A DNA stretch of 63,499 nucleotides, filler included, from a candidate division WOR-3 bacterium (GCA_016934535.1; 4 parts of 4 records of this genome joined end to end with filler, not necessarily neighbours in it); one strand, 5' to 3'; positions 10,480-19,990 are shown, numbered from the whole stretch's first letter. Notes: a model not told the origin generated them from the letters alone. Translations and numbers: made by a program.

Positions 10480-11445
10480 TTGACTTTCACTTCAGCAATA
10501 CTGATGACCAGCGTTTTTTTCAGCCAAACCTCACCGGCTGAGCTGACCTTGAACCCTCCGCTCAGCGAATACGGCATCGACAGCGTCAGAATCTCCGTAA
10601 TTTACCCCAAACATTTCAGTGAAGAGCTTCCCGTCGTGATCTTTCTGCCCGGATATGACGGAAATCCGGAGTGGTATTTCGACTTTCTAGGAATTGAGAA
10701 AATTGTCGAAAAAGCTTCCTCTGAAAATCCTTTCATGTCAGTGATTGTTGATCCGTCCTCCGGTCCGCACGCCTGCTTTTACATCAACTCCGATGTCTCT
10801 GGAAACTGGGAAGATTTTATCTGCAATTTTCTCCCGGAAACAATAAGCAAATGGGCTCTGGAAAACCTCGGCGCCGGAACAGGCAATTTTTGCCTGATAG
10901 GTCACTCCCTCGGCGGATTCGGAGCTCTCCGAATAGGCGCCAGACACCCGGAAATCTTCCCTTTTGTCGGATCCGTTTCGGGCATAGTTACAGTCGAAGT
11001 TTTGCCTGAATGGCTGAAATACGTCGAGAAAGAAGGAGTCTGGAGTGAAAGAGAGAATTGGGGGATTCAACATTTCTTCACAAGACTGTCTCATCAGATG
11101 TGTGTTAATTTCACCGGCATAAAAGAGCCGGAACTTTTTGAATTTCATCGCGGCGTGTTACGCCTCGACGAACAGCTTATGAGCCGGATGAGATCGGGTG
11201 ATTTCGATATTCTCGCTTCCTCAAGAAACGGCTCTCTTGTATTTTCAAACGAAAAAATTTACGTGTCGTCCGGTACCAGAGACATTGTGTGCGATGTAGA
11301 CTTTCACGAGGAGCTGTGCCGGATTCTGGAATCAAAACTCCCCGCTTCCAGTCTCAAATGTGAAACCCCCGACGGTGACCACATAAGCATTCTGGGCGGT
11401 GAAATTGAAAACTGTTTGACATTTTTCTTTCAAGGAGAAGACTGA
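10480..11445 (+). CDS. Exported alpha/beta-hydrolase (putative esterase)
   Basis: LPVVIFLPG, G.WEDFI, nucleophile elbow GHSLGG, C-terminal DGDH. Confidence 0.8.
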   Translation: MTFTSAILMTSVFFSQTSPAELTLNPPLSEYGIDSVRISVIYPKHFSEELPVVIFLPGYDGNPEWYFDFLGIEKIVEKASSENPFMSVIVDPSSGPHACFYINSDVSGNWEDFICNFLPETISKWALENLGAGTGNFCLIGHSLGGFGALRIGARHPEIFPFVGSVSGIVTVEVLPEWLKYVEKEGVWSERENWGIQHFFTRLSHQMCVNFTGIKEPELFEFHRGVLRLDEQLMSRMRSGDFDILASSRNGSLVFSNEKIYVSSGTRDIVCDVDFHEELCRILESKLPASSLKCETPDGDHISILGGEIENCLTFFFQGED

Positions 11446-12857
11446 TGCTGTTTCCGACTGTCGAATTCGGAATATTTTTCTTCATCGTTTTTGCCGCCAG
11501 CTGGCTTCTCAAAGACAAAATCCTGCCGCGGAAAATAGTCCTTCTGGTAGCAAGTTACATTTTTTACGGATGGTGGGACTGGCGTTTCACTTTTCTTCTG
11601 TTCCTTTGTTCTTTTGGAAATTACATGTTCGGTCTGGCTATGTCGGATTCGAAAAACGGACACCACAGGAAAGCAATTATTGCCGTAGCCGTAGTGTGGA
11701 ACCTGACTATACTCGGCTTTTTCAAATACTACGGATTTTTCGTCTCGTCCCTGAACAACTTCCTTTCGTTCGCCGGTATGGGTTCAAGCATGTCGGTTCT
11801 CAACATAATTCTGCCCGTCGGAATCTCTTTTTTCACTTTTCAGGCCATGAGTTACGTCATAGACGTATACAGAAAGGAAATACCGGCTTCCAAATCCATC
11901 GTGGACGTTTTGCTGTTCGTGTCCTTCTTCCCCCAGCTCGTTGCGGGTCCCATAGTCCGGGCGAAAGATTTCATACCCCAGCTTTCTCTCAAACCCGATC
12001 CGAAAAAAATACCGGCCGCGAGAGCCTTTGTCCTCATTTCAGCCGGCTTGTTTAAAAAAGTAATAATTGCGAACTACCTGGCAACCGAAATTGTAGATCC
12101 CGTTTTTGAAAATCCGGCCGCATTTTCCTCTCTCGACGCTTTGTTTGCCGTTTATGGCTACGCCGTACAGATATACTGCGATTTCAGCGCTTACAGTGAA
12201 ATAGCAATAGGGATTGCCGCGTTGCTCGGTTACTACTTCCAGGACAATTTTAATTATCCGTACAAGGCTCAATCTATAAGAGATTTCTGGAGAAGATGGC
12301 ACATATCACTTTCGACTTGGCTCAGGGATTATTTATACATACCTCTCGGCGGTTCAAAAAAAGGGAAATTCAGGACATATGTCAACCTCGCGATAACGAT
12401 GCTGCTCGGAGGTCTTTGGCACGGAGCGGCCTGGAATTTTGTATTATGGGGAGCCCTCCACGGTTTTGGTCTCGGAGTGGAAAGATTTTTTATAGACAAA
12501 TTCGGCGATAAAAAAAGAAAAGTATTGTGGCAGGTCCTTTCTACTGTTTTCGTCTTTCACTTCGTATGTCTGAGCTGGATATTTTTCAGATCGCGTTCAT
12601 TCTCTCTCGCCTTTGAATATCTGCGGTCTTTCGGAAACATCTCGTCACCGGTGACAAACATAACTCCTTTTGTCTTCCTGCTCGTCTTCATAGGGATAGC
12701 TATGCATTTCACACCTCCGGCTCCGGGCAAATGGATACGCTCCAATTTCAATAGACTGCCGGTTGTAGTGCAGGGTATAATTTTAGGCGTGGTTCTTCTT
12801 ATGGTCAGCGCTTTCGGCCCCGAAGGGGTCGCTCCGTTCATATACTTCAGGTTTTAG
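11445..12857 (+). CDS. MBOAT O-acyltransferase (AlgI/PatA/DltB family)
   Basis: ASYIFYGWWD, LPVGISFFTFQAMSY, QIYCDFSAYS, FWRRWHISLS.WLRDYLYIPLGG, GLWHGA, C-terminal FIYFRF. Confidence 0.95.
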   Translation: MLFPTVEFGIFFFIVFAASWLLKDKILPRKIVLLVASYIFYGWWDWRFTFLLFLCSFGNYMFGLAMSDSKNGHHRKAIIAVAVVWNLTILGFFKYYGFFVSSLNNFLSFAGMGSSMSVLNIILPVGISFFTFQAMSYVIDVYRKEIPASKSIVDVLLFVSFFPQLVAGPIVRAKDFIPQLSLKPDPKKIPAARAFVLISAGLFKKVIIANYLATEIVDPVFENPAAFSSLDALFAVYGYAVQIYCDFSAYSEIAIGIAALLGYYFQDNFNYPYKAQSIRDFWRRWHISLSTWLRDYLYIPLGGSKKGKFRTYVNLAITMLLGGLWHGAAWNFVLWGALHGFGLGVERFFIDKFGDKKRKVLWQVLSTVFVFHFVCLSWIFFRSRSFSLAFEYLRSFGNISSPVTNITPFVFLLVFIGIAMHFTPPAPGKWIRSNFNRLPVVVQGIILGVVLLMVSAFGPEGVAPFIYFRF

Positions 12858-12866
12858 GGGGAACGC

Positions 12867-13874
12867 ATGGACTTCATGGAAAAATTTAAAAGCGAAAAAA
12901 ATTACGATATTTCAACGGTAACAAAAATACTTTTTGTCTGCCTGATTTTCATTATTCTTTTTGACTCGACAGGTCTTTATAACTGGGCAAAAAAACTCAG
13001 CGTAGGACCGGCGAGGACTTTTTTCGTCACACTGACTGAACCTCTCGCTTTCGGGACTTCGGCAATCGGGCTCGATCTGCCCAGAAGGACGCTCAAAAAC
13101 TCTTTTCTCTTTTCCATGGGCAAACAGAGGGAAGCCGGTTTCATCGCCGCTGAAAACCCGGACTTTACTGATATTCAATACAACTCGGGTAACAATGTTC
13201 CTCAGGATAATACCCTCGTCGTCGTCTATTCCTCTTCTTCCCCCATTTCGATACTTCTGATTGGCGATTCCATGATGGGTGACGGACTCGGAACGATGCT
13301 CATAAGAGCCATAGACGAAAGCGGCGACATGACGCAAAAGAGATATTTCAAGGTTTCCTCGGGAATGACAAGACCGGATTTTTACAACTGGCCCGCTCAG
13401 ATAAGGCAGATTTTTTCGACAGAGAACTACGACGTCGTAATAGTAATGATGGGCACCAACGACGCGCAAAATTTCGAAATGGACGGAAAGATTTACACGT
13501 ACGGAACAGACGAATGGTTCGAAGTTTACAGACAGAGAGTGACCTCTTTCATCGCTCTTTTGACTTTGCACTGCTCAAAAGTTTACTGGATAGGCATGCC
13601 GCCTATGCGGAGCTCCGGATACAACTCCAGGATGCAGTCTCTCAACGTCGTTTTTCAGGAAGTCTGCGCCGCCAATCCCGGGGCTCATTATTTTTCGACC
13701 GTACCCATCCTCGGCGATGCCTCCGGGAACTATACGACTTATGTCACAGCCAACAACAGACAGGTTCAGGCCAGAGACGAAAAAGACGGCATTCACATGA
13801 CGAGAGCCGGCGGTCAGCTGGTCGCCGACAGAATTATAGAGAAAATCAGGAGTGATTTCACTTTTGAAGATTAG
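12867..13874 (+). CDS. Membrane-anchored SGNH protein (DUF459-like), probable periplasmic O-acetyltransferase partner
   Basis: N-terminal TM; IGDSM, SSGMTRPDFYNW, MGTND, DGIH; directly after the MBOAT gene. Confidence 0.85.
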   Translation: MDFMEKFKSEKNYDISTVTKILFVCLIFIILFDSTGLYNWAKKLSVGPARTFFVTLTEPLAFGTSAIGLDLPRRTLKNSFLFSMGKQREAGFIAAENPDFTDIQYNSGNNVPQDNTLVVVYSSSSPISILLIGDSMMGDGLGTMLIRAIDESGDMTQKRYFKVSSGMTRPDFYNWPAQIRQIFSTENYDVVIVMMGTNDAQNFEMDGKIYTYGTDEWFEVYRQRVTSFIALLTLHCSKVYWIGMPPMRSSGYNSRMQSLNVVFQEVCAANPGAHYFSTVPILGDASGNYTTYVTANNRQVQARDEKDGIHMTRAGGQLVADRIIEKIRSDFTFED

Positions 13875-14643
13875 CCTGATCTTCATTCTCGTATTTTTAA
13901 GAGCTTCGATTTCAGACATATCGGACGATTCAGGCAACGTGTTCGTCAATCAAAACCAGAAAAATCTTTTCTGGCAGAGGATAATCCGCTTCAGAAGCGA
14001 GAACGACTCTGTTTCTCAGGGTGGAATAGTTTTTTTAGGAAACTCCATTATCGAGGCTTACCAGGTAAACAGATATTTTCCCGGTGTGGCGGTCTACAAC
14101 AGGGGAATTACCGGCGACAGAATAGGTATCGGCCGTGAAGGCGGAATTTTAAAGCGCTTGAGGGAATCCTGTTTCAAATTGAAACCTTCCAAAATTTTCA
14201 TGATGATAGGAATAAACGACATAGGCGACAGGTACAAATCAGTTGCCGAAATAGCTGACGGGTACAGACTTTTAGTAAAAACGATTTACGACTCTCTTCC
14301 CGATGTCACGTTGTTCGTGCACAGTATCCTCCCTACAGGAGGTGTTTACTCGCGTCTTAATCCGGCAATAGACTCGTTAAACGGTCTTTTGAAAGAAATA
14401 GTCGACAGCCTCGACTCTGAAAAATCCGTGTATTACATAGACCTTCACGGAATTTTTGCAGATTCCACCGGAAAAATTAAAAGAGAATTGACTGTCGAGG
14501 GACTGCATCTAAAGGAATGCGCTTACGAACTGTGGACTAGCGTAATATGGGATCTTGTCTATTCAGGCCAATGTATATCCATAAACATAACCTTGGACGA
14601 GTCTGATCCTTTGTCCGCAGACTCATTTCAATCTTCTGATTGA
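13852..14643 (+). CDS. GDSL/SGNH-family esterase
   Basis: FLGNSI, NRGITGD, MIGIND, EGLH blocks; start codon uncertain. Confidence 0.85.
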   Translation: MISLLKISLIFILVFLRASISDISDDSGNVFVNQNQKNLFWQRIIRFRSENDSVSQGGIVFLGNSIIEAYQVNRYFPGVAVYNRGITGDRIGIGREGGILKRLRESCFKLKPSKIFMMIGINDIGDRYKSVAEIADGYRLLVKTIYDSLPDVTLFVHSILPTGGVYSRLNPAIDSLNGLLKEIVDSLDSEKSVYYIDLHGIFADSTGKIKRELTVEGLHLKECAYELWTSVIWDLVYSGQCISINITLDESDPLSADSFQSSD

Positions 14644-14694
14644 AAATCGGTTCCCAAAATTTTTACGTTTTCCAACCAGTGTAAAATGACATTC

Positions 14695-15108
14695 TCAGTG
14701 AAATAATAAAACCGGCATATCCAGGCTGGGAAAAAGCTTTATAATATTTTTAATTTCTGTTTCATCAGGTTCGCATAAAATCAAAAGATCGCCTTTGGTC
14801 TTATTAATTATCCCCGCTAAATCATCATCGGTTTCGATTTCGGCAACACTCAGATTGATAAACAACCCTTTTGATTTAAAAATTTCTTCAATTTCGTAAG
14901 CTTCAAACCACCTTTTTCCTACTTGCTCCTCCTGAATGGCCTCTCTTTTTCTGCCGTTTTGCTGAATTATATTGTCTATAATTCTTTTTTCAATCACCGA
15001 AAAAACGTAAGTTTCCGCACAATTTAATTTTGCAAATTCGACGAGAGAATTTATTGTTTTCTGCGAAAGTATTTTTTCAAAGATTATGGCAATCAATTTC
15101 AAATACAT
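14695..15108 (-). CDS. Hypothetical protein, possibly universal-stress-protein-like
   Basis: 137 aa, coupled to the upstream transporter; ends DLLIL...MPVLLF like USP domains. Confidence 0.5.
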   Translation of the reverse strand: MYLKLIAIIFEKILSQKTINSLVEFAKLNCAETYVFSVIEKRIIDNIIQQNGRKREAIQEEQVGKRWFEAYEIEEIFKSKGLFINLSVAEIETDDDLAGIINKTKGDLLILCEPDETEIKNIIKLFPSLDMPVLLFH

Positions 15109-17078
15109 CAGGGAGACGCTCCAATTTGCAGAATCAGCAAAAACAAAATCAGTATAAGTGAAAACAAAACAACAGGTAAACCATACTTAAGCCAGGTACT
15201 GAAATTGATAATCTTGCCTTCGAATTTTTCATAAACTGATAAAGCGACCATGTTCGCGCTGGAGCCAATCATTGTAAGGTTACCGCCCAAACAGCCTCCA
15301 AACAGCAGTCCCCACCACAGTATTCCGGTATGTGAAAGACCGATTATTTTCAAACCTTTAACGACAGGAACAAGAGCCGCGATTATGGGAAGATTGTCAA
15401 CAAAACCCGAAGCCAGCGCGGTAGATATAGTAATTATGACAAGCGCTGTCGCAGTGACGGCATTCTGCGGATTTAGAATGTTACCTATTTGAATGTTTTG
15501 GGAAACAGCGGCGATTTGATAGGCAAGTTTTGTCGTAACGCCCGTGTATTCGAGGCAGGCGGCTTTAGCAAAAAGAAACATAAAAAACAGTATTGTCCAC
15601 CAATCTACGCCTTCGGTTATTAACATTTTCCCGCGTTTTCCTTCAATAAAGACAATGACTCCGGCAAAAGCCAGAGGCACAGCTACAAGCGTTGTATTTG
15701 GAAGAAGGTTCAATATTGTATCAATTCTTTTGGAAAAACCTATTAGCAATATCAAAAGTATAAAAAGCAGTCCTCCTATTTTCATTTTCTTTTTATTTTC
15801 GACACTGTCCCACGGGTTTATGCTTTTATCCCCATTCTGATTCGTATCCGCTGAAGACGATTTTGCGCGAGCCGGTATGGATTTCCTGAACAATAAAAGC
15901 AGAAACAGGGATATGACAACTGTAGCAATAATTGACAATGGAGTCGCCCATCTTAAGAAATCTTCAAATGACAGCCCTCCTGAAAAAGCTATGTATATTC
16001 CTATTGGATTTCCAACTAAAGTCAGTGCCGAGCCTATATTTGTTGCGAAAATGAGACTTATTACAAATGGAAAAGGCGGCAAATTCATTTTGCTCGTCAA
16101 TGACAAGGCTATTGTGACTACAACCAGTATGCCGGTGACTTCACCGGTTAAACCTCCCAAAATTACAGACAAAAGCATAAGAATTAAAAATATTTTTCTC
16201 GGATAAAACCCAACTTTTTTTATTATAAAAGAAACAAAAAACTTAAAAATCCCTAAATGGTCGAGCCACGCCACTACTATCATCATTGATATTATAAAAA
16301 GGATTGTCGGAATACTCATAAACTCCACTGTCGTAGCCAAATCCATTGTGCCGCTCAGCAGAAGAAAGCTCAATCCGAAAGCGGCAATCGCAACCCTGTA
16401 ATGCCAAAAAAGAAGCGTTCCAATGACCGTGGAAAAAAATATCCCCGACGCCCATATCTGTTTTGTGACCCAAACGGACTCATTGAACTTAAAGTCTCCG
16501 CTTGCAAAAGCTCTGTCACTTATAGGAATTTTAATTATCGGCATTAACAGGCCGAATAATACAAAAATAGCTATAATTGTCCCTATAAAATAGATAAGTT
16601 TCAGGTTTTTTTTTAAAAAATGTTCTTTTGGACGGCTGATAATTGTTGAAATGACGGAAGCCGGATCTTTCGCTTTCATAAGATTGTTAATTGTCTCTTC
16701 ACGGTGCAGGACACTGGCGATTCCCGAGAGATTTTCCAGGTATTCCTCGGGTTTATCCTCAGGTGATATGATCAGTACGACAAGTTTTACGAGTTTCTCG
16801 TCTATGCCGTTAAATGAAATACCTTTTTTTAACCTTGCTATGACTATGTAACTTCTTTTGAGACCGGACAATCTGGCGTGCGGCAATGCAATTCCTTTTC
16901 CGATTGCCGTGGAACCTTTTTTCTCACGGTCAGTCAACTCGTCGAAGAATTTTTCTTTATCTTTGATTATATTTTTTGAGAATATAAATTTTGCAAAATA
17001 ACGGAATAATTCCTCTCGCGATTCTACTTCCAAATCGAGTATTACAAAATTCTTATTCAGAATGTCTTTGAATTTCAC
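15108..17078 (-). CDS. PTS EIIA domain fused to an ArsB/NhaD/SLC13-type ion transporter
   Basis: N-terminal REKKGSTAIGKGIALPHAR (EIIA phospho-His motif); permease motifs ATNIGSALTLVGNP, SGFVDNLP, GGNLTMIGSSAN. Confidence 0.88.
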   Translation of the reverse strand: MKFKDILNKNFVILDLEVESREELFRYFAKFIFSKNIIKDKEKFFDELTDREKKGSTAIGKGIALPHARLSGLKRSYIVIARLKKGISFNGIDEKLVKLVVLIISPEDKPEEYLENLSGIASVLHREETINNLMKAKDPASVISTIISRPKEHFLKKNLKLIYFIGTIIAIFVLFGLLMPIIKIPISDRAFASGDFKFNESVWVTKQIWASGIFFSTVIGTLLFWHYRVAIAAFGLSFLLLSGTMDLATTVEFMSIPTILFIISMMIVVAWLDHLGIFKFFVSFIIKKVGFYPRKIFLILMLLSVILGGLTGEVTGILVVVTIALSLTSKMNLPPFPFVISLIFATNIGSALTLVGNPIGIYIAFSGGLSFEDFLRWATPLSIIATVVISLFLLLLFRKSIPARAKSSSADTNQNGDKSINPWDSVENKKKMKIGGLLFILLILLIGFSKRIDTILNLLPNTTLVAVPLAFAGVIVFIEGKRGKMLITEGVDWWTILFFMFLFAKAACLEYTGVTTKLAYQIAAVSQNIQIGNILNPQNAVTATALVIITISTALASGFVDNLPIIAALVPVVKGLKIIGLSHTGILWWGLLFGGCLGGNLTMIGSSANMVALSVYEKFEGKIINFSTWLKYGLPVVLFSLILILFLLILQIGASP

Positions 17079-17224
17079 TTCGATATATTATACTAAAAAT
17101 TTTTAAAAGCAAGATATTCGGAAAATCAAATTAAAATATATAAGACAATTACACCTTACAGGCGCTGGAAAACCCGGACCATAAAACATGGACTCAGTGC
17201 TTAATAGTCCCGCCGGATTAATGA

Positions 17225-17627
17225 CCTTCGTGGTTGATGTCTCTTTTCTGTATTTTCTTTTACTTAGTTTATTCAAAGAAATAAAACAATTTACCACGAA
17301 GGCTTTCTTTTTTGCCTATAGCAAATAAGAAAGCTACACGAAGTTAAGAATTAGAACTATAACCGCGAATCCGATTTTTGAATTATAAATTCAAAATATC
17401 ATCAGTATTTTCGGTATTATTTTGGGTACAAAATAAACCGTAATACAAAAAAAACTGGATCCAATTTTTGAATCGAAGATTCAAAATATCGCTAAAAAAA
17501 AAAGAATTAACCGCGAACCCGATTTTTGAATTGTAAATTCAAAATATCGTTACACGAATGAACGCGAATAAGATTTTTTAATCAAAAATTAAAAATATCG
17601 GTATTATTTTGGTTACAAAATAAACCG
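17225..17627. repeat. Mosaic of REP-like bulged hairpins
   Basis: Four GATTTTTGAAT-N5-ATTCAAAATATC-type units near 17372, 17462, 17520 and 17571; two CGGTATTATTTTGG(G/T)TACAAAATAAACCG units at 17412 and 17599; hairpin 17302-17334; inverted repeat CCTTCGTGGT/ACCACGAAGG. Confidence 0.8.
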
Positions 17628-17660
17628 TTGGTACAAATGCGCTGGAAATAAAATATTAAT

Positions 17661-17694
17661 AATCCTTTCCCTGATAATTATCAGGGAAAGGATT
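17661..17694. terminator. Perfect 34-bp palindrome, probable terminator or cruciform
   Basis: AATCCTTTCCCTGATAATTATCAGGGAAAGGATT equals its own reverse complement; lies about 100 bp downstream of the minus-strand gene ending at 17791. Confidence 0.6.
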
Positions 17695-17790
17695 TGAAAT
17701 CACCGTACAATAAGTAACTTTATTCAATAACTTTATAATAGTATTAATCCCTTGATAGCCCTGCTATATCAATTTATGAATTCATTTAGA

Positions 17791-19203
17791 CTATCTTACT
17801 ATAGTGAATTTTCTATTAATTGAGTGATTACCCACATTGAAAACAAGGAAAAAGGAACCTGAGGAAAGATTTTCTGTATTCAGTTGTATTGATTGATTGT
17901 CTGACGTTATTGACCCGTTTGCATTGGTGATAATTCTTCCTGAAAGGTCAAAAATATTGTACGAATAATGTTTGTTAGAACTATTGAATACATTAATAAT
18001 GTACTTTTCCGACATAGAATTGTAAATCAACCTAATGTCATCTCCAGTATTTGGAATTTGAGAAGTTAGAGATTCATAAGTATCGGATGTTGAAATATAA
18101 TCTGTATTTAGAAAGTCATTTTTATATCTTATCTCTCCGAAATACCCACAAGTAATCATTGTGTTATTTACAGGGTTATAAAAGAAATCAAGCGGCCAAT
18201 TGACAGGGCAATCATAATCAACCCATGAAGCACCGCCGTCATATGAGCAATAAAATTTGTGCGTTAGGCTTGGCGGTACATAACCCTGAGCGCCATAAAT
18301 GTATTCAACAATTATCACATTTTGATTTGGCATGGCAACTTGCTTCAGGTTATATATTTCTTCCTTTTCGAGAATTAACTGCCATGTTTTTCCGCCATTA
18401 GTGGTTTTGTAAATATCTTCGTCTACATTACCGACAACACCAACGGAGGGAGTGCAAAAATCCATTACGTGTAAAATACTTAAACCGGTTTGAATTTGAC
18501 TCCAACTATCTCCGCCGTCTTCTGTCTTAAGAAAGATGCCGTCAGTTCCACAAATAAAACCATTGTTATTGTCAACAAAACAAATTCTTCTCAAATGATT
18601 CGAAATCGGATTATCTAAATTTACTTTCTTCCAATTATATCCATGATCAGTGGATTTCATAATAGTGCCATTACTTCCGACTGCCACCGCATTGTTGAAG
18701 CTAACATATTCTACGTCATACATCACAGTGTTTAAATTTACGTTGGCCAAACACCAATTTTGGCCTGCATTTGTTGTGTAGATTATATAACCTGAAGGAT
18801 CAGAAGGCTCCCCTCCGACTGCAATACCGTAAGTGCCGTCAAAAAATGATATCCCAAATAAAATACTGTTAACTGGCGTTGTTTGAAGAGTCCAAGTTGA
18901 ACCTGAATTTGTGCTTTTCAACACAGTACCAAGTTTTCCTGATGCGTAACCGATGTTTCCATTTTGAGGAAAATCAATTGCAAAAAGATCATTGACCGTT
19001 ATTGAATTGTCGATTTTTATCCAAGTGATACCGTTATCAATGGATTTCAATATGCTTCCGCAGTGTCCGACAGTGTAAAAAATTCCGGATTTATAGATTG
19101 TTTTTAATAGACTTGAATTTGCCGGATTACTAATTTTCGTCCACGTCATTCCCATGTCTGTTGAACGAAGAATCTTTGGCGGATTACCAAGAATACCACC
19201 TAC
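17791..19203 (-). CDS. YCF48/BNR-repeat beta-propeller protein with T9SS-like C-terminal domain (5' truncated by gap)
   Basis: Repeated (S/T)xD/NxGxxW motifs; C-terminal IFDLSGR...LSSGSFF...KFTIVR; the frame stays open to the contig end. Confidence 0.85.
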   Translation of the reverse strand, partial: VGGILGNPPKILRSTDMGMTWTKISNPANSSLLKTIYKSGIFYTVGHCGSILKSIDNGITWIKIDNSITVNDLFAIDFPQNGNIGYASGKLGTVLKSTNSGSTWTLQTTPVNSILFGISFFDGTYGIAVGGEPSDPSGYIIYTTNAGQNWCLANVNLNTVMYDVEYVSFNNAVAVGSNGTIMKSTDHGYNWKKVNLDNPISNHLRRICFVDNNNGFICGTDGIFLKTEDGGDSWSQIQTGLSILHVMDFCTPSVGVVGNVDEDIYKTTNGGKTWQLILEKEEIYNLKQVAMPNQNVIIVEYIYGAQGYVPPSLTHKFYCSYDGGASWVDYDCPVNWPLDFFYNPVNNTMITCGYFGEIRYKNDFLNTDYISTSDTYESLTSQIPNTGDDIRLIYNSMSEKYIINVFNSSNKHYSYNIFDLSGRIITNANGSITSDNQSIQLNTENLSSGSFFLVFNVGNHSINRKFTIVR

Positions 19204-19303
19204 NNNNNNNNNNNNNNNNNNNNNNNNNNNNNNNNNNNNNNNNNNNNTTAATTAATTAANNNNNNNNNNNNNNNNNNNNNNNNNNNNNNNNNNNNNNNNN
19301 NNN
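19204..19303. other. Artificial contig spacer
   Basis: N run containing TTAATTAATTAA (stops in all six frames). Confidence 0.99.
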
Positions 19304-19933
19304 CGAGACTTTGAGAATTTTATACAAAAAATTCATTGATTCTGTTATGGCTTTCTCTATTCCATAACCGAATGCGAGAAATGCCGCCAAAGCCGAAGAA
19401 AATGAACAGCCTGTTCCTCTGAATTCTCCTTCAACTCTTTCAGTCCGGAACTCTTTGCCCTGGTAATATACTTTTACATGTTTTCCTGATTCGTGCCCGC
19501 CTGTCACCACCGAGTTTTCCGGGCGACCCAGGATTTCAGCCTCCCGGGTATTCATTGTCACGAAATCCGGGATTTCAATGAACTGTTTTACGGCATCCGG
19601 ATCCATAAATTTTTTCCCCGATGTCGAAAAAAGAACTGTATTCCACACTATAACAGCCCCGGAAAATATTTTTTTTATCCTGGGCACAAGTTCTGGAAGA
19701 CATATACCGATTTTTATTGCTTGAGGACTTTCAATTAGTTCAATGTCCGATAAAACGCTGTCAACGCTTCTGAACTCAGTTCGCTTTACCGCTTCATCGT
19801 TTTGGCTCGTGAAACAAGTAACTGTGCCGCCGGCATCAGCGCCCAAAATTGTCAGTATCTCAATGTCCTTTACAAATCCGGCTTTACCTGAAGGATCCAG
19901 CCCAGAAAGAGCGATAACTTTTTTATTGCCCAC
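19304..19933 (-). CDS. thiD: Hydroxymethylpyrimidine/phosphomethylpyrimidine kinase (3' truncated by gap; possibly a ThiDN fusion)
   Basis: SGLDPSGKAG..KD, TSQN, IKIG, TGGH, RGTGCSFSSA ribokinase-family motifs. Confidence 0.85.
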
Positions 19934-19990
19934 TCTTGATTATATTTAATAAATGCGCTAAATCAAATTAAAAAATCTAAATAAAAAAAC

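Noticed and set aside
17361-17627. CRISPR array
   Set aside because: Repeat spacing is irregular (about 90, 58 and 51 bp), units vary internally, the spacers contain other repeats, both orientations occur, and no cas gene is present.
19204-19303. TTAATTAATTAA palindrome repeated three times in the window
   Set aside because: It is an assembly spacer inside N runs (also 38617-38716 and 52578-52677); neighbourhood across it is not meaningful.
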